Origin: Patescibacteria group bacterium
GTDB lineage: Bacteria > Patescibacteriota > Minisyncoccia > Phycocordibacterales > UBA918
Assembly (NCBI GenBank): GCA_018608435.1
Contig: JABAZV010000006.1
Span: 31,692-95,691, forward strand
DNA length: 64,000 nucleotides
Direction of reading: 5' to 3'
Shown here: positions 40,701 to 47,589 of the stretch, piece by piece
Layout: every line of letters begins with the position of its first letter
How positions within the stretch are numbered: the stretch's first letter is position 1
The notes under the pieces: generated by a model
Told to the model about the DNA's origin: nothing
Seen by the model: only the letters and a program-made list of their open reading frames with translations
The model's database searches: none
Translations under genes and position numbers: made by a program

Positions 40701-43700
40701 TCGCAAACTGGCGGCTCTGGTATTACTGTTGGTGGTTCTGTTATTACCCAAAATCCAGCTAAGAACTTTACCCAAAATCGGTTCGCTCGTAACGGCGCTG
40801 CTTCAGGCTTTGGTGTCACTGCGACTGGTACGAGCGTGAGTTCGTGGCGCTTCGCAAATCATACTGGCGATATTTCGGGCGAAAGTTTTGACGTCGATCC
40901 TGATGGCGATCCTGGTTACGTGGCTTGGGATGATTCAGCTGCTTTAATTACAATTTCTGGTGTCGTGTACAGCGATGAAGGAAGTACAGTTTCAGCTATT
41001 TGTGACGGTTCGACCAACAACATTGTTTTGCGCGTAGCAGGAATCACAACTTACACTTCGAGCTGTAACGCGACGACTGGAGTGTACAGTGTGACCAGCG
41101 TTTCGTACGGCGCGAGCGATTCGCTTGTCGCTTTCATCGACGGCGAAGCGGTTGAGGGAACGACGGTTTCAAAGGAACCAATTTCAAACATTGGTAACTT
41201 TGATATCTACGAAAATCGAGTTATCGTCCGCCACGAAGACGTGAATCCGATCACCATTGCTGACATGGCTGTGTGGGATTCTTCAGACGATGCCGACATT
41301 TTGTTTACAGCAGTCGATGCAGGAAGTGACACTCTTACACTGCCAGCCGACACGAAGTTGATTATCTGGAACGGAAAAACTTTTGCACCAGCAGGCGACG
41401 TTACTCTTTCAGGTGGCGGAGCAGGCGCTGTATATGACGGAACGCTGGAGCTTTACGACAACGCAGTTTGGTCTGGCACAGGGACCGAGTCGATCGACAT
41501 TGGCGGCAGCTTGATTTCAGGTACCGGTGCGATCTTTACCGCTGGTAACGGAACTACAACTTTTACAACAGTTGATGCTGGCCGAACGATAGGTGTGAAC
41601 GAAGCTGGTTTCTACAACCTTACTGTTACTGGATCGGGTGATCTTACTTTCACTGACTCCACGCTCACTGTCCTTGGCGATTATGCACAAACAGCCGGAA
41701 CAGTTACTCTCCCGTCTGCTACTTCTACTTTCTCTGGATCTTTCACAAACAGTGGCACAAGCTTCGACGCAAACGACGGCTTTGCTTACTTCACAGGCTC
41801 TGGAACGCATAGTGTTGCGCTTGGCGGATCAGACTTAGCACTAGTAGAATTCGCTGGCGGCACTTACGTGTGGAGTGATACAGATGCAACTACAACCAAA
41901 TCTATCCTTATTTCTAGCGGTAGTTTGACACTGCCAAGCGGCAAGCTTACAGTCGGCGGCAACTTTGAAAACGTAGACGGAACACTTGCACACAATACCT
42001 CTGAACTTGTCTTTACTGCCTCCACGACAGCTTTTCTTTTAGCTTCAAGTTCAGATTTGTACGAAGTGAGGTTTGTCGGTGGCGGTGACTACACGCTGGT
42101 AGATGAAGGTCTGGCGTTGCTCGACAGCCTTACAGTTTCGAGCGGAACTCTTGCTTTGGCTTCAGGCACGCTTTCAATCGGCGGTAGCTTCGACGCTTCG
42201 GGCGGTAGCTTCGACCACGCTTCAGGCACTATCCTGTTCAACTCTGCTGATACGGGAGAATTTATCGATGCTGGCACGAGCGATTTCTACGCAGTACAAA
42301 TAAGCGCTCCGACCGGCGGCTACACTCTCATCGGCAGCGCTACTACTACAAACAATTTCACTTTGGCTGCGGCTAATACTTTCGTCGCTCAATCAGGCAG
42401 TTCGCTCGTGGTTGAAGGAGTGTTTACTAACCTTGTCGGCGGAACAAATACTACTTGGTCTGGCAGCACTCTCACACTTGCTGGTCAAAACACTTACACC
42501 GTAAACACAAAAATAAACGGTGGCGATAATTACGACACGCTCGTTCTGGGGGCAAATAGTGACATTCGCTTGTGGGATTCTGCTGCGACCACTACTACTG
42601 TGGCGAATAATTCATCACTATATTCACAAGATAACAACTCCGTTGACGGCGCGCTCAACATTTATGGCGACTTCCATATCGCAACTACAACCGAGTATTG
42701 GAGCTACGCAACTGACTTCGATGGTACTGATCTTTCTGGCGGTAGCGAGCGCATGGTAACTGTTTCGCACGCAACCAGCGCAACCACTACTTTAGATGGC
42801 GGAACATTACAGATAGTTGGAGTCAGTGGAAATGAGACCCTTATAACTAATCAAGGTTCTGGTACGTTCGATATGGGAGTTGAAGCAGGAACTTTTACTG
42901 CAAACTATTATCAATATCGTAATCTTGCTTCTGCTGGACTAGCTCTTTCGGGCACTCCGGTCATTACTTCGCTTTCTTACGGCGACTTTGAGCTGGCAGT
43001 CTCTGGCGGCAGTCTCATTACTCTTTCATCTACCACGCTCAACGCCAATGCGTCGCTTATAATTACTGGCAATAGTTTTGCTACGACATCAGCCATCACA
43101 GGGAACAACGTTACTCTCACGGGTAGTACAAGCAACGCTTGGACATTCGTCTCGCACTCAGGCAATCTAGATGGCGAAAATTACGATGCTGACGGCGCGA
43201 CCGCTTGTGGACAGATTCGCTGGAACGACAGCGCTTGTTTGCTCACCCAGCAAACTAATTACCGCTGGCGTAATGATGACGGAGGCCTTGGAGTAGACAG
43301 TGACGAATGGTACAGCGCGAGTTGGGCAGCGCGGCAATATGTACGAGTGCAAAATGCCGACGCCACGACTTATGCCGACGCAGTGGTTAAGATGACTGTT
43401 CCTTATGATGGAGATATGCAATCAGACTTCGATGATCTGCGCGTTACTTCAGGCGATGGAACAACACTGCTTTCACACTGGATCGGAGCTTCGACTGCCG
43501 CAACTGAAGCTGAGCTATGGGTAAAAATTCCAACTCTCACAGCAGAAGCTGTCACTGACCTTTATCTTTATTACAATAATCCAACTGCCACCAGTACCGC
43601 TTCCAGCACAGCTGTCTTTATCGCAGTCGATGACTTTGAAGACAATGACATAAATGAATATTCTGGCCAAACAAGTCTCTTTAATGTCGGTACTAGCTTT

Positions 43701-45536
43701 AATTACGACGGCAGTTATGGTCTCGACAACTCCGGTAGCGAATCAGGTCGAGCCAACACAGGTGGTATTTATAGATTCGATCAAACTGTTAGTCAGGGAG
43801 AAACCTTTAGTTATCAGCAGTATGTAGACACCAGTGCTGGTACAAGTGACGAAGTATGTACTATGTTTGGTGTTCAATCACCAGGTTCTACCAATCTAAA
43901 TTATGCTATTTGTCTTGAGCAGTTTGGAGTAGACAGAATTTCACTGGTGAAAGACGTAGTTGACAATGATGCCTCTGGAACAATTATTGCATCATCAACA
44001 GTAACCTTCACAACTGGCTGGTACAACATCGAAGTTGATTGGGACACAGACGATTCTTTCAATGTGTCATTGTTCAATCCATCTGGCAGCGAAGTGGCAA
44101 ACTTCACCGGATCAGACAGTACATATACTTCAGGAGGATACGGCTTCACTTTCTGGTTCCATAATGGTGGCTGGGACAGTGTCCATTCACGTCCAATCAT
44201 TACTACGACACCAACGGTGCAGCTTGGCTCAGAACAGGTTGATGGTGGAGCTAGTTGGAATGCTACTCAAAATACCCTTGGTATATACGAAGTAAATGAC
44301 ATCGCGCGTTTACGTCTTTCAGTCGAGAATTCTGGCTTGGCTATCACTAACCAACAGTACCGACTCGAATACGCTGCACTAGATTCTGCTCCTAGTTGTG
44401 AGGCTGTTGATACGTCTGATTATGTAGCCGTACCAGTACAGGCAAGTTGTGGAACTTCACCGCTTTGTATGCAAAGTTCAACTCAGGCAACAAACGGAGC
44501 AGCTACAGCCGAACTCCTGACAAATGTATCTGGTACTTTTACAGCGGGTGAAGTAAGAGAAGATCCTTCAAACACTACTGGGAATATTGACATCGACCAA
44601 GACTTTTACACTGAGTTAGAGTATGCCGTTACTCCAACTGAAAATGTCGTGGACCAAAATCTTTGTTTGCGAGTTACTAACAGTGGCACCGATCTTGACA
44701 CCTACCTTAAAGTCGCCCAGCTTGTATTGCGTTTTGATCCGACATTAGGTGCTATTACATTTAATGACGGTTTGCCTATTTCTCTTGTCCCAGGTACGAC
44801 TACTTTGGTTTATGCAACAGGAACCGTAACCGACCTCAACGGCTTTGCCGATTTGGTGCTGGCGAGTTCTACTTTCTATCGTAGCGGTGTGGCTGGCGGC
44901 GCAGCTTGTACTCTTGATAATAACAATTGTTACTCTTCAACTCTGTCTAATAGCTGTGCGTTTACAAACTGTTCAGGTAACAGCTGTGTCTTGGAATGTA
45001 CAGCCGAAGTTTATTATCACGCTGATCCAACTGATTCTGGGAGTACCTTTGAAGGACAAGAATGGTTGGCGTTTCTTGAAGTTGAAGACACGGGTGGTGG
45101 CTACGACTTTGGCTCAGGGCTTGGTATAGAAATGAACACTCTCCGCGCTATTGATGTTATTGGTGCGATTGATTATGGCGCTTTGGCTGTAAACTCTGAC
45201 ACTGCTGCTTACAACGCTTCTACTTCTGTATTAAACTACGGAAACGTGGAGGTTGACCTCGAAGTGTATGGTTCGGATTTGTCTGATGGATTGAGCTCTG
45301 TCATCCCGGCTGATCAACAAAAATTTGCTACCAGTACATTTACTTATTCTTCTTGTGGCCTGAGTTGTTCTTTGCTCTCAAGTACTTCGCCTTTGTCTCT
45401 CGATGTTGATCTGACCAAGCCGACCACTAACGCTCCGCCGGTAGAAGACGAAGTGTACTGGGGAATAGCGGTTCCGATTGGAGTCAATAGCGTTCCTCAC
45501 CAAGGAATTAACGTCTTTACTCCAGTTAGTCCATAA
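28737..45536 (+). CDS. Giant 5599-aa secreted adhesin-like protein
   Basis: Uninterrupted 16.8 kb ORF. In order: N-terminal signal/TM, acidic spacer, MG2-like NKSEYEVGETAQI, three tail-collar/HxH modules, FN3 x2 (TYYW.VRA.D), W[ND]GxxW propeller, three ~770-920 aa beta-solenoid repeats (SLYSQD...YWS.ATDFDG), DUF2341 (DFDDLRVT...WVKIP...YLYYNNP), and a WxL/pilin-like C-terminus. Confidence 0.85.
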   Translation: MKKNKPHNSSENKNKSIFKAPFGILQLINGFKLSLKFTLAVAVVFSLLLLQPPDVQSKRSTNISFGSDQTINIFPSQVETTDWAGLNNVLIQDLPNDALYQNFGAQSSAYVPLADLFVPQNGEPELINSQVQPQADSSSSDGSQPALPNGTSAADAAGFVENDAISLSGDQSTSTQSEEVSNEISDNPVTESDSSNADETVVAEPLLDDVPEKDDGFSVQSEPESDESTAADVSEIEEEIVVESEVEVVAEPVEDSTAETESSEPEPSAEPEEAISLIDILHPKYGVFSVTSQLFPLMQLSFVSTTEPVLEESTPLETDSGNIVDVEEDQPLPEEAAPEETFSSSIANEGVVEEIDPLSLSDEVVEIDTTTSTSEILNTESSLNTKSIESPVADDTSSALQDSPVTSNSSFLHEITLSNFDTAPLDPGQFVQGMQLRLSLAAQLNDPVADGEQAPYIEILFGQGESLETVGIILLEDEVSNALNGGYFLFALPELYDIDNLASTTVSVRYMGEADLLDGMFLDAAWLELDTKIITKEDLEARGNAAAIKKLDLPTASTLISDQVNFRRDETPVFNLRYNSKRNTVLRGLRDLFGRDLVEVESALVKHRGTGLLGITPEINITNDGLLTVSINEKDRKKLRPGQYTVEITYKEGGETIIDTFDFQWGILTTNPNKSEYEVGETAQISVGVLTPTGHTVCDANLDLYVTDPEGFVSRYLVDPSGLCDGNNVIDVPDFSTFVPVTTAGVYELYLERLDDDGSVLGFTTDTFNAVPLQQTISIERTGPTRIYPLAPYTMSLKVDSAGDFDGTLTEYVPASFVVFDTDASVEREGEWLKLVWDLSVSASGTETISYQFDAPDISPYLFTLGPARLDSNDASTASSTEKTARNNVFIEHRRWQIASDAVGKMLLFWDDGAAIPAGWVCVSCAPADPFYQRFIMGSSTYNSTGGAATHTHTTSGSVLASLLSTTESGSGTIAPVSHTHTYTPTISGESNLPPYRQLRVIRYDTAAGEPATIPAGAIGIFDVASSSLPANWNRYGAQDGSFIYGEDTPATTGGTTTHTHGISGTTGASAGAGTRVRGGGTQVSGAGNTHTHTVTASSDSHSNEPPYITVLLAELSVDSAPTNGLIAMWDEDIDDGWLSLSADSEAFSNRFIKPTTTYGTTGGGETHDHADVTGITSSAPSATQNARSGSSGSDGTHTHSVSVTGFSTESNLPPYVTVVFGKRQGTSPVYEQLSSRWYANNESAQTPTEPWPNDAGVIDLAEDEPITATSSPVKNGEEVRLRINVGVTNATSTAGEEFQLQYTAANICTDGSAVWSDVGDVASSTAFWRGYNNVSITDHGTLSSTLLASSTVEATYEENGYSTTTPNDISVGEYGEWDFVLQHNGALAGTNYCFRMVEKAGATFQSYTQYPQIYTNESPNQPTLSKLFDAEKTASTSPWFYFVASDTEGENIHYEIEIADNYAFASPAVSKDTISNSSQFENQLLISDKAPFRQGELMKFTPSASFTNGTTYYWHVRARDPEGSDDWSEWSSINSFTIDTALTASAWFQTETEQFDENILDRVDTATDQADIAAGSTTAAMTGGLIDFTDGEMGTAWDSLTFNETDGSGVLLYQIEYLDNSDTWTLIPDVDLPGNSTGFNTSPVNLLSLDVETYNSIRVVADFSANTGTPSLQDWTINWGYRVDTPMIASLFANEQTGTTTPTLEFTTTDPQNDSLTYQLQWSLTPDFAASTTRTSDADAGFTNINTGADLDPFNSGDTIQFTVQAADALTGSTTYWWRVRAKDTTGDDAYSFWTDAQSFTVIPGTEVSTWFQTSADQFSSNILSGTTPIGIGAVTVATTAVEAMIVYGEGTLTSPRYRQWDGTNLGAEDSMQDIDSPLKWAVVRAAPTREEYVAATVGTDADVNAQVFSTGSWENLQEMTISVGNINARGFDVAYETLSGDALVVYCDGDADPSYYVWNGTSWTSGGTINLASINNCEWIKLAADPVSDEIVLMARDSDGTAAASYELQVWNGTAWGNSSTQGGARNTAYETMALKYEESGGQLLSVSGDGNPARFEYNSWNGTAWAGNANDSTIADNIIWAELTRDEGTDNMTMCYVDESVAIGAINWTGAAWSGQIDLDATGNAIDDKAVSCVYESTTGRDGNLMTVYSDATNSRYRVWNGVTWSAEASVSTITDVSTIQTIRTGIGGILGLFYDDVNDAISFSDWNGSAWSAEQTVETNGSVDTVPYGQPFFMAPRNPGGEGTVVVSPALNFDDGNGPYWKTFSWNDVQPGTSEILYHLQYQTATGSWAFIPDVDLPDNVAGTSTGPYDLSLLNTGIYDTIRPYAELTCDGSGNCPELQDWKVEWAGGIVISGTAALYDETTALNSGTVAVAVNGVLQVGKTANISAGAWSITNVTTFPSDVVTVFITGAADSGEAVAVSRYDGQGDMSGMDLFERHLTLGSNDATTTPLTNADIGLYDFTNTEDIFFDLSGATLTMCADAGCSDAELYVQAGTYYEPAGAFVAHDFENNGYFTAGAYTHEINGSWDNNATTTMTGSTVVFAATSTTESVDNTGAVTPTFDNIRFGTTTGNGTWTLESELDVNGDLIVDNGTLARGTTSMLVAGDLTTGTSGFWSGIGTTTFDGADAANWSDQNAVIQNVGNVVVDGTNKVVILAGDAAAESIIIGADDTLDVSVSNYDLTVYGDWTNQNNFLARAGTVFFAATSSGQAITSAGDAFYDLSFVGINGGWSFIDTALLVNNDFAVATGTVTLPTATTTIDGSFDSTGGSFAHNNGTLLFTSDAAENITLDGDDFTNVTNNLIFDGAGTWNMLDVNATSTGNVTVSQGTVNFPSGTLAIGGSLTDDGGTFVGGTGTARFYSAGTETVTTGGSSFNNLTFDGAGDWSFVDTNSTIAGDLLVLQGTTTFPTGNLLIGGSYQNAATVDANSGTVTFDSADTGEAIDFGNSALYDVSFTSVSGGWTITAVATTTNNFSLVAGSDFTLDSGQILSVGANFTNSIGGASTTWTGSTLSLENGAYSINTKTDNGDVYETLRISATADVKMWNSSAATYNVLTGGSLYSQDHTEVDGELYIFGAYENIGGNEYWSYATDFDGADLIASSSERQAQVYFASGGSALLTNSSFEMLGDSTASSTVQNQGSGTYGVTVESGTTTAQYYEFNNLGGSGLSLLDSSNVISLRDGYFEVTGVAGTALTLASSTIDANPAKQIYNVTFATSSAIFANNVTQSGAAPTSYWWFRDGFGNLYGEAKDNDSGDPGSVRFDDSSLVLTIAGTVYTDAGTTELTGGTCDGATPVVRIMVDDVEAARVSCSAADGSYSAAGIIVIGDPTITVYLDNASGGEQGSAITRTPTADIADMDIYANRVIVRNEDAAALTIENLAVLDSSDDADLNYSAATSTSGDTLSVASGNELFVWASSTFTPSGAVTLAGEAAANSYDGTLYLAGDATFNAYSTSTVTIGGRLELESGAVFSAASTTVLMNATTTGKSITAVEEVSFNELVFDGVGGGWNLSADIRVAGDMTITNGTVTGTGDIYMEAGGLTGNGTLSLGGGTTTLATTNSLGGSTAWTFFDLTLGDAIAVGTTTPLFTSTTTVSGKLTISAAHYLDAGNTAWDLAGSGTVFEESGTFLEDTSTIRYSGANADVLDAQYYNLTLDAGAGSATYTAVTAGLIVDNDLVIGGTANTTFDLNANNVWFDVNADVFVGSNGTLSASAGNNFTIAGSYDNDGTFTANGGTLTFDGAGTIDIAAGTSDFNNLEVIATGDVTFSESATSSDLFTLTAANSFTLASGETLAVGGAFYSALADGDTTWTGTTLRLYGGNNYSLGAATSSDSYATLDIDDTTQIRMWNSDALVYDVAPTASLYSQDHAGVDGDLYIWGDYNQTSANDYWSFATDFDGTALGLATRKVDVYINSGSSVTYTNGSLSVIGDSAASTTIQNQGSGTYSLTIGGTATTEFNYYEIRDIDIVGLLLTGTPTITSLSYGDIEVSQTGGSGITVGGSVITQNPAKNFTQNRFARNGAASGFGVTATGTSVSSWRFANHTGDISGESFDVDPDGDPGYVAWDDSAALITISGVVYSDEGSTVSAICDGSTNNIVLRVAGITTYTSSCNATTGVYSVTSVSYGASDSLVAFIDGEAVEGTTVSKEPISNIGNFDIYENRVIVRHEDVNPITIADMAVWDSSDDADILFTAVDAGSDTLTLPADTKLIIWNGKTFAPAGDVTLSGGGAGAVYDGTLELYDNAVWSGTGTESIDIGGSLISGTGAIFTAGNGTTTFTTVDAGRTIGVNEAGFYNLTVTGSGDLTFTDSTLTVLGDYAQTAGTVTLPSATSTFSGSFTNSGTSFDANDGFAYFTGSGTHSVALGGSDLALVEFAGGTYVWSDTDATTTKSILISSGSLTLPSGKLTVGGNFENVDGTLAHNTSELVFTASTTAFLLASSSDLYEVRFVGGGDYTLVDEGLALLDSLTVSSGTLALASGTLSIGGSFDASGGSFDHASGTILFNSADTGEFIDAGTSDFYAVQISAPTGGYTLIGSATTTNNFTLAAANTFVAQSGSSLVVEGVFTNLVGGTNTTWSGSTLTLAGQNTYTVNTKINGGDNYDTLVLGANSDIRLWDSAATTTTVANNSSLYSQDNNSVDGALNIYGDFHIATTTEYWSYATDFDGTDLSGGSERMVTVSHATSATTTLDGGTLQIVGVSGNETLITNQGSGTFDMGVEAGTFTANYYQYRNLASAGLALSGTPVITSLSYGDFELAVSGGSLITLSSTTLNANASLIITGNSFATTSAITGNNVTLTGSTSNAWTFVSHSGNLDGENYDADGATACGQIRWNDSACLLTQQTNYRWRNDDGGLGVDSDEWYSASWAARQYVRVQNADATTYADAVVKMTVPYDGDMQSDFDDLRVTSGDGTTLLSHWIGASTAATEAELWVKIPTLTAEAVTDLYLYYNNPTATSTASSTAVFIAVDDFEDNDINEYSGQTSLFNVGTSFNYDGSYGLDNSGSESGRANTGGIYRFDQTVSQGETFSYQQYVDTSAGTSDEVCTMFGVQSPGSTNLNYAICLEQFGVDRISLVKDVVDNDASGTIIASSTVTFTTGWYNIEVDWDTDDSFNVSLFNPSGSEVANFTGSDSTYTSGGYGFTFWFHNGGWDSVHSRPIITTTPTVQLGSEQVDGGASWNATQNTLGIYEVNDIARLRLSVENSGLAITNQQYRLEYAALDSAPSCEAVDTSDYVAVPVQASCGTSPLCMQSSTQATNGAATAELLTNVSGTFTAGEVREDPSNTTGNIDIDQDFYTELEYAVTPTENVVDQNLCLRVTNSGTDLDTYLKVAQLVLRFDPTLGAITFNDGLPISLVPGTTTLVYATGTVTDLNGFADLVLASSTFYRSGVAGGAACTLDNNNCYSSTLSNSCAFTNCSGNSCVLECTAEVYYHADPTDSGSTFEGQEWLAFLEVEDTGGGYDFGSGLGIEMNTLRAIDVIGAIDYGALAVNSDTAAYNASTSVLNYGNVEVDLEVYGSDLSDGLSSVIPADQQKFATSTFTYSSCGLSCSLLSSTSPLSLDVDLTKPTTNAPPVEDEVYWGIAVPIGVNSVPHQGINVFTPVSP

Positions 45537-45585
45537 TACTGATCAATCTTGCTGACCGAAGGAAAGGAATATAAAAGAGATGACT

Positions 45586-45624
45586 AAAGCGCAGTTCGTC
45601 CAAAGGGCGTCCTGTGCTTTTTTA
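45586..45624 (+). terminator. Intrinsic terminator after the giant gene
   Basis: aaagcgcagttcgtcc-aaa-gggcgtcctgtgctttttt. Confidence 0.6.
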
Positions 45625-45699
45625 TGTTGTGCCTACAATTGCTAACTTTCCTCACACCTATAAAAATTTTATCTCTAACATAATGCTATTATTACAGGA

Positions 45700-47286
45700 A
45701 TGTTCCGCTCATTGCTCGGTTTTGTTTTAGCTATATTTGCGCTTGGTGGCGCAGCTTATGCTGTGGCAGCCGACGACCAGGAGGCTCCTGAGATTAACAA
45801 CGTTAAGATTGAACAGGTTGATGACAGTAGCGTTACCATCAGCTGGGAGACAGACGAAGATTCAGACTCGCTGGTAAACTACGGTCTGCAGCCTGATTAT
45901 GGCATTGTCCGTATCCCTGTGGCCGATCGAACCGCTCACTCCATTACTCTAGACAATCTGGAAGCAGGTCAGGTTTACTATTTTCGCGTAGTTTCAGCCG
46001 ACTCAAGTGGTAACCAAGGAATTTCTGCTGACTACAGAGTACAAACTTCTGGCGAATCAAATGATGGTAAAGATGCAGGTACTGATGACGGAGTTGGCGA
46101 AGGTGCTGCTGATGGTGTTGGTAGCGGTGTGCAGGCTGGTGATGATTCAGGTGAATCTTCAGATACACAAACTCAATCTGAATCTGAAACTGAATTCGAC
46201 ACCAATACAGCGTCACAAGAGCAAAGTCAAACCGTGCAAGAAATAATCGAGCAAATTAACAAGATCGGTAATCCTGAGCAGCTAGAAGAGATTTTAAACG
46301 AAACAATCAAGGCTATAAAAGGAATCACCGAAGATCTAACTATCGTTGGGCCGCCAACTGTCATCCCTGAGACAAACACAGCCGTCGTTAGTTGGATCAC
46401 TGACCGAGAAGCTTCTTCAAAGGTTTTGTTCTCGGCTACTAATGGATTTGACGGCTTTAATTATGAGTATTCGCAAGAGTCTACCCAGCCACCGACTACT
46501 GATCATGAGATTAGACTCATTGGGCTTGACCCGTTTACAGAGTACAGCTTTAAAGTTATTTCAGATGACAGTTTTGGTATTAGCGGAGAAAGTAGAAACT
46601 TCACTTTTACTACAAAGGCCACTGCGCCAGATATTCGTAATTTGCGTGTGTTGAAGGTAGAAGAAAATGCAGCTACGCTAGCTTGGGATACAAATGTGCC
46701 AACTAAAGCTTTGGTAGATTTTCAAGACCAGACAACTGGAGAACAGCAATCAGTCGGTCGTCCAACCCTTTCAACTACTCACCAGATGCGTTTGGCCGAT
46801 CTTACGCTTGGAACACGTTATGTCGCTTTTGTGACAGCTGAAAACTCAGGTGGGGATCGCGAGCGCAGTCGGCCAGTACAATTCATTACTGTGCGTGACA
46901 CCGCTTCGCCGATTATCACTAATGTTACAAATGAATCAACTCTTTTTCCAGGCAGTGAGTCGCGTATTCAAACTATTGTGGAATGGGATACAGACGAGCC
47001 AGCCAACTGTTTGCTTACATACCAAGAAGGAGTGGCTGGCGGAACTGATCCGTATACAGTAGAAAAAGAAGTGCTTGAGTACAATACAGGACATGTTGAA
47101 GTTATCGTAGACTTCGCTCCAGCAACTGTTTATCAGTTTTTCCTGACTTGCGTCGATGAGGCTGGTAATGAAGTTAAGTCTGAAAACTTCGTACTCTTTA
47201 CTCCAATCCAAGAGAAGAACATTATTGATCTTATCCTCGAAAACTTCGAAAGCACCTTCGGCTGGGTCAAAAACATCAGTGGATAA
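45700..47286 (+). CDS. Secreted fibronectin type III (purple acid phosphatase N-terminal-like) repeat protein, 4 units
   Basis: Repeated (I/V).W.TDE....V.Y...H...L..L.....Y.F.V.S.D..GN units; signal peptide; amphipathic C-terminal helix. Confidence 0.8.
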   Translation: MFRSLLGFVLAIFALGGAAYAVAADDQEAPEINNVKIEQVDDSSVTISWETDEDSDSLVNYGLQPDYGIVRIPVADRTAHSITLDNLEAGQVYYFRVVSADSSGNQGISADYRVQTSGESNDGKDAGTDDGVGEGAADGVGSGVQAGDDSGESSDTQTQSESETEFDTNTASQEQSQTVQEIIEQINKIGNPEQLEEILNETIKAIKGITEDLTIVGPPTVIPETNTAVVSWITDREASSKVLFSATNGFDGFNYEYSQESTQPPTTDHEIRLIGLDPFTEYSFKVISDDSFGISGESRNFTFTTKATAPDIRNLRVLKVEENAATLAWDTNVPTKALVDFQDQTTGEQQSVGRPTLSTTHQMRLADLTLGTRYVAFVTAENSGGDRERSRPVQFITVRDTASPIITNVTNESTLFPGSESRIQTIVEWDTDEPANCLLTYQEGVAGGTDPYTVEKEVLEYNTGHVEVIVDFAPATVYQFFLTCVDEAGNEVKSENFVLFTPIQEKNIIDLILENFESTFGWVKNISG

Positions 47287-47589
47287 AAAGCAACTGGCGT
47301 TGCTTTTTATCCGATTCCGGCGCGAGCCGGAAATTCCCGATTTCGTTTAGACAAGGGAATAGGTGGGCACCAGCTTCAAGCAGCAAAACTTGTGCTCCGC
47401 ACAAACTATCTCTCCCAATTCTCTTGCGGCAGGTTTTGTCTGTTCTAAGCGATAACACTCCACGTGATGACGTTACGACCAGGCAGAGTTAAGTTGAGTT
47501 TTCTCTAATTTACATCGTCACTTACTTATTCTCAGCTTTGTCCCAAGCACAATTTGTTCAACAGTGGTTAACCATGTATTATAAAATTA

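Noticed and set aside
28737-45536. Diversity-generating retroelement target or intein in the giant gene
   Set aside because: No reverse transcriptase, no near-identical TR/VR pair and no intein terminal motifs were seen; the internal repeats are highly diverged.
47300-47560. RNase P, tmRNA or SRP RNA
   Set aside because: Their hallmark sequences (GAGGAAAGTCC; tRNA-like ends with a tag ORF; the SRP domain IV loop) were not found on either strand by eye.
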